NCBI GenBank assembly: GCA_963675755.2
Contig: CAXXMD010000002.1
Span: 1,792,001 to 1,856,000, forward strand
Direction: 5' to 3'
Source: a bacterium
Lineage (GTDB): Bacteria; Zhuqueibacterota; Zhuqueibacteria; Residuimicrobiales; Krinioviventaceae
Length of the DNA: 64,000 nucleotides
The position numbers and the translations under genes were made by a program. The notes beneath the pieces are model-generated. The model saw only the letters and a list, made by a program, of their open reading frames with translations. It made no database searches and was not told the origin of the DNA. Below are positions 58,366-64,000 of this stretch, one piece after another (the stretch's first letter is position 1; each line of letters starts with the position of its first letter).

Positions 58366-59523
58366 ATGAAAAAATTATTAATACTATTATTATTATTAGC
58401 AAGCATTACTGCCGCGCAAACCTATGATTTCACCCTGACAGTTCAAAATCAACAGGTCAGCGGTACTGATTTCATTTTTGATATTTATATGTTAAGAACC
58501 GGTTCAGCAGATATTTATTTGGGTGAATGTGATTTCGTTCTTACGTTTAACAATGGTAATTTTACCAGTCCGGTTGCTTCTGTTGTAACTGCGGAATCAA
58601 GAATTGCCACTTGGTATACATTATCCCCAACTATTGAAGCTACGAACAGGATAATATTAAATGTCCAAAAAGCACCATTTAGCAACCAAACCGATTTTGA
58701 TAATCGTGTACAGGTTATTGGTACATCCGGGAATGGTACGCTGATTGCGCAAATAAAGATCACCAACATTAGCAACACCGGTGGTACTGCGGGATTACAG
58801 TGGAGAACATCTGATCCCAATAAAACAAACATTCAGAGACTTGATAATACGGATCCCTGGGCGCTGGTTGATATTACATCAAGCGGTACCTATACAAATC
58901 CATCGGATGCAAGTCTGCCGGTTAGTTTGGCTTCCTTTAACGCGACCAGCACCCCGCAGGGTGTTTTGCTGACATGGTCTACCGAGAGCGAAATGAACAA
59001 CCTGGGTTATATTCTTGAGAAACAATTGATCGGTGATACTCAATGGACACAGGTAGCCAACTATAAAACCCATGACGAGTTGAAAGGCCAGGACAATTCA
59101 ACAACCCGACACGATTATTCTTTTACCGATAAAAATGTACAGGCCAACAGTGACTATACCTACCGTCTCTCGGATGTAGACAAGGATGGTAATAGAACAG
59201 TTAAAAAAAGTATTGACGTAACAGTTACTGCTGTCGTTCCCAAAACCACAGCATTACTGCATCCGTATCCAAATCCATTCAATCCCAAAACAAAAATCAG
59301 ATACGACCTTGCTAAAGACGCCAATGTAGATCTGTTTATTGTAGATATTTTGGGTCGCTCGGTGGTTACACTGATCGACAATCAGCAAACTCAAGCAGGC
59401 TCTTATGATATCACCTGGAACGGTCAGTCTGCTGCCGGCAATTATGCAGCCAGCGGCACCTACTTTGTGGTATTCAATGCAGATAATGTAAGACACATAC
59501 AAAAAGTTGTATTTTTGAAATAA
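58366..59523 (+). CDS. Secreted cohesin-like + Ig-like + YPNPFNP sorting-domain protein
   Basis: Signal peptide; FIFDIYM...YLGECDFVLTFN beta-sandwich; LPVSLASF...WSTESEMNNLGY; HPYPNPFNP; GGAGG RBS. Confidence 0.8.
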   Translation: MKKLLILLLLLASITAAQTYDFTLTVQNQQVSGTDFIFDIYMLRTGSADIYLGECDFVLTFNNGNFTSPVASVVTAESRIATWYTLSPTIEATNRIILNVQKAPFSNQTDFDNRVQVIGTSGNGTLIAQIKITNISNTGGTAGLQWRTSDPNKTNIQRLDNTDPWALVDITSSGTYTNPSDASLPVSLASFNATSTPQGVLLTWSTESEMNNLGYILEKQLIGDTQWTQVANYKTHDELKGQDNSTTRHDYSFTDKNVQANSDYTYRLSDVDKDGNRTVKKSIDVTVTAVVPKTTALLHPYPNPFNPKTKIRYDLAKDANVDLFIVDILGRSVVTLIDNQQTQAGSYDITWNGQSAAGNYAASGTYFVVFNADNVRHIQKVVFLK

Positions 59524-59531
59524 TAAAATCC

Positions 59532-59562
59532 GGCTGGCAGTCCTCCAAACTGCCAGCCTTTT
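59532..59562 (+). terminator. Intrinsic terminator closing the protease operon
   Basis: GGCTGGCAGT...ACTGCCAGCC-TTTT. Confidence 0.85.
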
Positions 59563-59598
59563 CTTACCTCCCCCATCTCTCTTGATCTCAATTTCTTC

Positions 59599-59627
59599 TT
59601 GACATTCAAACAATAAAATCCTATAAT
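59599..59627 (+). promoter_or_regulatory. Consensus sigma-70 promoter
   Basis: TTGACA-N17-TATAAT, exact consensus. Confidence 0.8.
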
Positions 59628-59719
59628 TACTAGGGAAAAGAAAAAGAACAATATCTATAGTATGTAAACCGGCGCAAACCTAATTCATTAAATTTGTAGT
59701 TATCAAAAACAGGCACACC

Positions 59720-62029
59720 ATGCATTTCAAATCTTTTATTCTTGTCTTTTTTCTCCTGGTCCTGTTCGCTGCCGGTTGTAATGTTGCCACCCGTGGGGAT
59801 TACAGCATAACCAAAGCTGATGTTTATTATCGCTCAGGTCAATTGGATGAAGCCCTTAAACACCTCAAAAAACTCGTTTCATTTGAATACGACAATATTG
59901 AAGCCCATCTGCGTATTGCAGAAATTTATGATGAAATGGAAAACTGGGAATATGCCAGGCTTTGGGCCGAACGCACAATGAAACTGGATTATAACAATCC
60001 GGGCGCTCGCCTCATCTATGCAAAATCATGTCGTGAACGCGGATATATACGTCCCCAACCCTTGCGTTTTTTTGACTGGAAAGATGCAAAAAAGAAATTC
60101 CTACAGGTCATGGAGGTTGATTCATCATTCAATAAAGTATTGTACGAGTATGCGGTTTTCCAGGGATACAAAAAAGAGTTTATGGACGGAATCAAAACCC
60201 TGGAAGCGCACCGGAAATATTATCCCGAAGACATCAAAGCCTTTGAAAAACAAAATTATTACTATGATGCCATCTGCTTTCTGGGAGAGGATGAGGATAT
60301 TCGTGAATTAAAGCAAATGGATACCGACCTTGCCCGCTTTTATTATGGAGAATATTGCAGACAACATGATATGCTTGAACAGGCCGATTCTGTTTTCCAA
60401 AGCCTGGATGGCTCCCGCTCTATATCTCCTACTTTGTACGACTTTGCACTGGCAAAACTGGCAGTTCAGCAGGAGCGATATACAGATGCTGAACGTTTAT
60501 ATATGGCCGCCATTGATACCATGGCTACCCGTATGGATGTTAATTTTGTCTATAATGACATGAAATATGTCTTTTCGGATGCGGAATTTGAATATTATGA
60601 TAAGATTGCAGACAAGACAGACGTAAGAACATTTTTCAAAAAAAGCTGGTTACGCAGAAATCCGCTGCCCGCCTCTCCTTCCAATCCCCGTTTGATTGAA
60701 CATTTAAAAAGAATGGTCTATGCGGAAAAAAACTATCGCATTGTTCGCGTAGGCAAATATCGCTGGTCACCACAGCAATGGGAGATCAACCAGGTACCGC
60801 ATGTCTATACACTGGCAAACCGTTTTGAAGATCGGGGGGTTGTATATATTCGTCATGGTGAACCGGCGGACAAGGCTATTGCCTTTGGTGGTGATCTGTT
60901 TGATGAGTGGATGCAAACCAGCGGCAAAGAGCGCTGGAACGAATCATTACGCAATGGGGAATCCTGGTTATACCCTGCTTCTGGTACTACCCCAAAGATG
61001 ATCTTTCATTTTGCAATGGGAAATGAAGCAGAACCCCGCCTGGTGCCCATACTTCCGCGTATAATGGTACAGGATTGCTACAACTGGGATAAAAAATACG
61101 CCAGTTATCTTAATTCCCATGACTATGTTGAAGTGATGCAATTTGAAGGAGATATAGTCCGGGAAAACCGGAAAAATATAGAGATTGGTCTTGAAACTGA
61201 CAGGCACCAATGGGACCGTGAGGCACATCCCATTGATATGCCCTTTTACATTGCTGCTTTTGCCGCACCGTTGGGACAAACCCGTTACGAGCTGTATTAC
61301 AGCATTCCTCCACAAACCATAAATAACGATTCCGTCAGCTATTACGATCTGGATTTGGGATTGGGCATTTATGATCTACAGTGGGACGAAATAGAAACCA
61401 CACACAAAGCAATCCCGGTTGAGGATATAATCCAGCAGGATGATTCGTTATACGCATGGACAGATCAGTTCACCTTTACCCTCGATACCATAGACCATGC
61501 CATCAGCTTTTACGCAAAAACCAAAGATCTGATGCATGTTGGAGGACACAAATTCAAACTCGTCCCGCGAACATTCAATGATACAGAACTCTGCATGAGC
61601 GACCTTGAACTGGCCCGCCAACTGGAAAGTTCTGAAAATTCGGATGGGAAATTTATTAAAAACCAATTACGAGTGGTTCCTCAACCCAGCCTGAAATTTA
61701 ATCCTAAAAATCCGGTTTATGTTTATTTTGAGATCTACAACCTTCCGGTGACACAAAGCCGGTTGGAATACCAGATCCAGTACAAGGTCAATCAAAAAAA
61801 AGCCGCTAAAAAAGGATTTCTCTCAAATCTACCGGGATTTAAAGGCAATCTTTTAAAAGAACAATCCGCAACGCTAGAACGGTACAGCGCCAGTCGTTTT
61901 TCGCCGGAATCCATTGGTCTGGATATGAGTGCCATGGAGCCGGGAGAATATGAAATTGAAGTCAGGATTGTACTTGCAGATGGTGAACAGGTATCGCAAA
62001 AGCAAAAATTTGAGTTGTTAAAAAATTAA
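59720..62029 (+). CDS. TPR + GWxTD-domain lipoprotein
   Basis: Lipobox FAAGC; TPRs; W.RRNP.PASP.NPRL.EH..R..YA..NY and EDRGVVYIRHGEP; C-terminal Ig-like domain (MSDLELA, VYFEIYNL). Confidence 0.85.
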   Translation: MHFKSFILVFFLLVLFAAGCNVATRGDYSITKADVYYRSGQLDEALKHLKKLVSFEYDNIEAHLRIAEIYDEMENWEYARLWAERTMKLDYNNPGARLIYAKSCRERGYIRPQPLRFFDWKDAKKKFLQVMEVDSSFNKVLYEYAVFQGYKKEFMDGIKTLEAHRKYYPEDIKAFEKQNYYYDAICFLGEDEDIRELKQMDTDLARFYYGEYCRQHDMLEQADSVFQSLDGSRSISPTLYDFALAKLAVQQERYTDAERLYMAAIDTMATRMDVNFVYNDMKYVFSDAEFEYYDKIADKTDVRTFFKKSWLRRNPLPASPSNPRLIEHLKRMVYAEKNYRIVRVGKYRWSPQQWEINQVPHVYTLANRFEDRGVVYIRHGEPADKAIAFGGDLFDEWMQTSGKERWNESLRNGESWLYPASGTTPKMIFHFAMGNEAEPRLVPILPRIMVQDCYNWDKKYASYLNSHDYVEVMQFEGDIVRENRKNIEIGLETDRHQWDREAHPIDMPFYIAAFAAPLGQTRYELYYSIPPQTINNDSVSYYDLDLGLGIYDLQWDEIETTHKAIPVEDIIQQDDSLYAWTDQFTFTLDTIDHAISFYAKTKDLMHVGGHKFKLVPRTFNDTELCMSDLELARQLESSENSDGKFIKNQLRVVPQPSLKFNPKNPVYVYFEIYNLPVTQSRLEYQIQYKVNQKKAAKKGFLSNLPGFKGNLLKEQSATLERYSASRFSPESIGLDMSAMEPGEYEIEVRIVLADGEQVSQKQKFELLKN

Positions 62030-62055
62030 GATCGTCTGCCAAGGGGGCAACTTTT

Positions 62056-62858
62056 TCTGGTTCCAGGGACCTGACTTGGGACCTTAACAACTGGACAAAT
62101 GTCACCAATAAAGAATATTTACTTCTGGTTCCAAGGCTCTGCCTTGGAAGCCTATCAACGGGACAAAAGTCCCAAACAATATTCCGGGACACATAAATAT
62201 GTGTCGCGATCAATGTGAAAAATGGCCACGGGCCCTGAGTGTTCGCCGCATTACTTGTTCCCAAACTCCCGTTTGGAAACGCAATGACAGGAATAAACTC
62301 TGTTTATTCAAAATAATACTAGATAAATTTCAAATCCGGTTTTAAGGCTCTGCCTTGGAAGCCTATCAACGGGACAAATGTCCCCAAGCTAATATTCCAC
62401 GACACATAAATATGTATCGCGATCAGGTGTATCCTCGGTCCCTTCGATACATTCGCCTGCGGCGAACACTCAGGGCCCGGAGGCGAGTTCCGACTCCAAG
62501 GCTTACTCGTTCCCAAACTCCCGTTTGGGAACGCAATGACAGTAATAAACTCTGTTTATATAAAATAATACTAGATAAATTTCAAATCCGGTTTTAAGGC
62601 TCTGCATTGGGACCCTAACAACGGGACAAATGTCCCAAATCAATATTCCGCGACACATAAATATGTGTCGCGATCAGTGAACGGGGATTTCGGACAACCT
62701 GAAATATGTATCGCGATCAAAATTTCAAATCTGGTTCTAAGGCTCTGCCTTGGAAGTCTATCAACGGGACAAAGGTCCCTCCAACAATATTCCACGACAC
62801 ATAAATATGTGTCGCGATCAGTGGAGTTAACTGCGTTAATTCGCGTTAATCTGTGGTT
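62056..62858. repeat. Mosaic tandem array of palindromic REP modules (BIME-like)
   Basis: ~90 bp unit at 62124, 62335, 62587 and 62730; ~175 bp unit at 62251 and 62503; 22 bp perfect IR at 62229-62250 / 62458-62479. Confidence 0.9.
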
Positions 62859-62921
62859 AAATATATTTCATCCGCTTCAAAGCTCACCCCCCTCCCTAAA
62901 ACCCAGATCCAACATTTTCTC

Positions 62922-62950
62922 TTGACATTCAATTTCAAATACAGTATAAT
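62922..62950 (+). promoter_or_regulatory. Consensus sigma-70 promoter
   Basis: TTGACA-N17-TATAAT, exact consensus. Confidence 0.8.
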
Positions 62951-63029
62951 AAAAACGGGAAGAGCAAACAGCATTGTTTGTGGTGTTAAATAAATCCAAA
63001 TACATTCACAGAATACACGAGGGGTAACT

Positions 63030-64000
63030 ATGTATTGCAAGCCATTACAATGCTTAATTGCGATTATCGTATTATTTGTTTCGGGCTCAACGCTCTTATC
63101 CGCTGAATTTACACTCTCAACAGCAGATTCACTCTACAACGCAGGGGAAACCGAAGAAGCGCTGAAACAGCTAAAACGAATATATCAGCAGGATGAAAAC
63201 AACTTGCAGGCATGTCTACGCATCACCGAAATATATGACCAGCAGGACAATTATGAATATGCCATATTTTGGGGAGATCGTGCCCGCAAGCTAGACGAGA
63301 ACAACCTGTCAATTCACTATATTTTGGCAAAATCTTTTGCAATGCGCTCCTATATCCGCAGTCAACCCTTTCGATATTTTGACAATAAAGATGCAGAAAA
63401 AAACTTTGAATATGTTTTCAAAACAGACTCGTCATACAATCGGATATTGTTTGAATATGCCAAATACAAAGGCTATCACGAAAAATATTTTGAGGCTATT
63501 CAGGCACTTGACGCGCAATTAACATTTTATCCTGACGATGTTGAGGCCATGGCCAAACGCATACTGTTTTACGATACCATCAGCTATTTTGGTGATGATA
63601 AAGACAGCCAAAAATCAAAAAACATGTCAACAGGAATTGTCGATTTTTATTTTGCCGAGTATTGCCGCTATCACGATAATCTGCAAGAAGCGGATTCTAT
63701 ATACTCAACATTATTGAACGCAAACCGATTTTCCGCAACAGCGCTTCACCTTGCAAAAGCCAAACTGGCTGTACAGCAGGAACAGTTTGCTGATGCGGAA
63801 CAGCAATATACAGACGCCGTCGCATCCATAAACACACTTGAAGACGCAATATATATTTATAGCGACATGAAATTTATTTTTTCCGATTCGGAATATGAAT
63901 ATTATCAAAATCTGGCTACAGTTGATAAACAAAAAGACTTTTTTACCAAAACCTGGCTTCGCCGGAATCCCCTGCCCTCTTCTGCAGAAAATCCGCGACT
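63030..64000 (+). CDS. TPR + GWxTD-domain protein, paralogue of 59720-62029 (runs off the window; absent from the ORF track)
   Basis: GAGGGG RBS; manual translation MYCKPLQCLIAIIVLF...YIRSQPFRYFDNKDA...DMKFIFSDSEYEYY...TWLRRNPLPSSAENPR is colinear with the upstream paralogue. Confidence 0.88.
   Translation, partial: MYCKPLQCLIAIIVLFVSGSTLLSAEFTLSTADSLYNAGETEEALKQLKRIYQQDENNLQACLRITEIYDQQDNYEYAIFWGDRARKLDENNLSIHYILAKSFAMRSYIRSQPFRYFDNKDAEKNFEYVFKTDSSYNRILFEYAKYKGYHEKYFEAIQALDAQLTFYPDDVEAMAKRILFYDTISYFGDDKDSQKSKNMSTGIVDFYFAEYCRYHDNLQEADSIYSTLLNANRFSATALHLAKAKLAVQQEQFADAEQQYTDAVASINTLEDAIYIYSDMKFIFSDSEYEYYQNLATVDKQKDFFTKTWLRRNPLPSSAENPR

Noticed and set aside
62056-62858. Possible CRISPR array
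   Set aside because: Units are ~90-175 bp composites of palindromes with no unique equal-length spacers, and no cas genes are present.
61962-63040. Several short ORFs across the repeat array
   Set aside because: By-products of repeated palindromic sequence.

Overview
This 64 kb window comes from an AT-rich diderm bacterium. The combination of Shine-Dalgarno sites, TTGACA/TATAAT promoters, six secreted proteins ending in a [YF]PNPFN/FlgD-like sorting domain, GWxTD proteins, a TonB-type receptor and an MCP points to a non-Bacteroidota FCB-related lineage such as KSB1 or Calditrichota (inference). Content is accessory: secreted proteins, an M16 peptidase pair, a LytS/LytTR system, an ECF sigma/anti-sigma operon, glycoside hydrolases (GH36-like, GH97, GH2), RhaT plus a sugar isomerase, MscS/CorA and a CDF transporter. 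I saw no rRNA, tRNA, CRISPR array, integrase or reverse transcriptase. Most notable: (1) an S8 protease ending in a symmetric dockerin but lacking a sorting domain, directly followed by a cohesin-like protein that carries one, with two more cohesin-like sorting-domain proteins nearby; (2) a RAYT transposase with bipartite REP ends inside an array of four diverged membrane-protein paralogues, plus several mosaic REP clusters; (3) a ~5.8 kb AT-rich island bracketed by a 74 bp direct repeat and two pieces of one broken gene, encoding a secreted protein with a papain-like Cys/His domain; (4) a CDF transporter flanked by winged-helix-like domains; (5) a candidate structured RNA leader upstream of a methyltransferase. 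All family calls are from motif recognition by eye; no searches were run.
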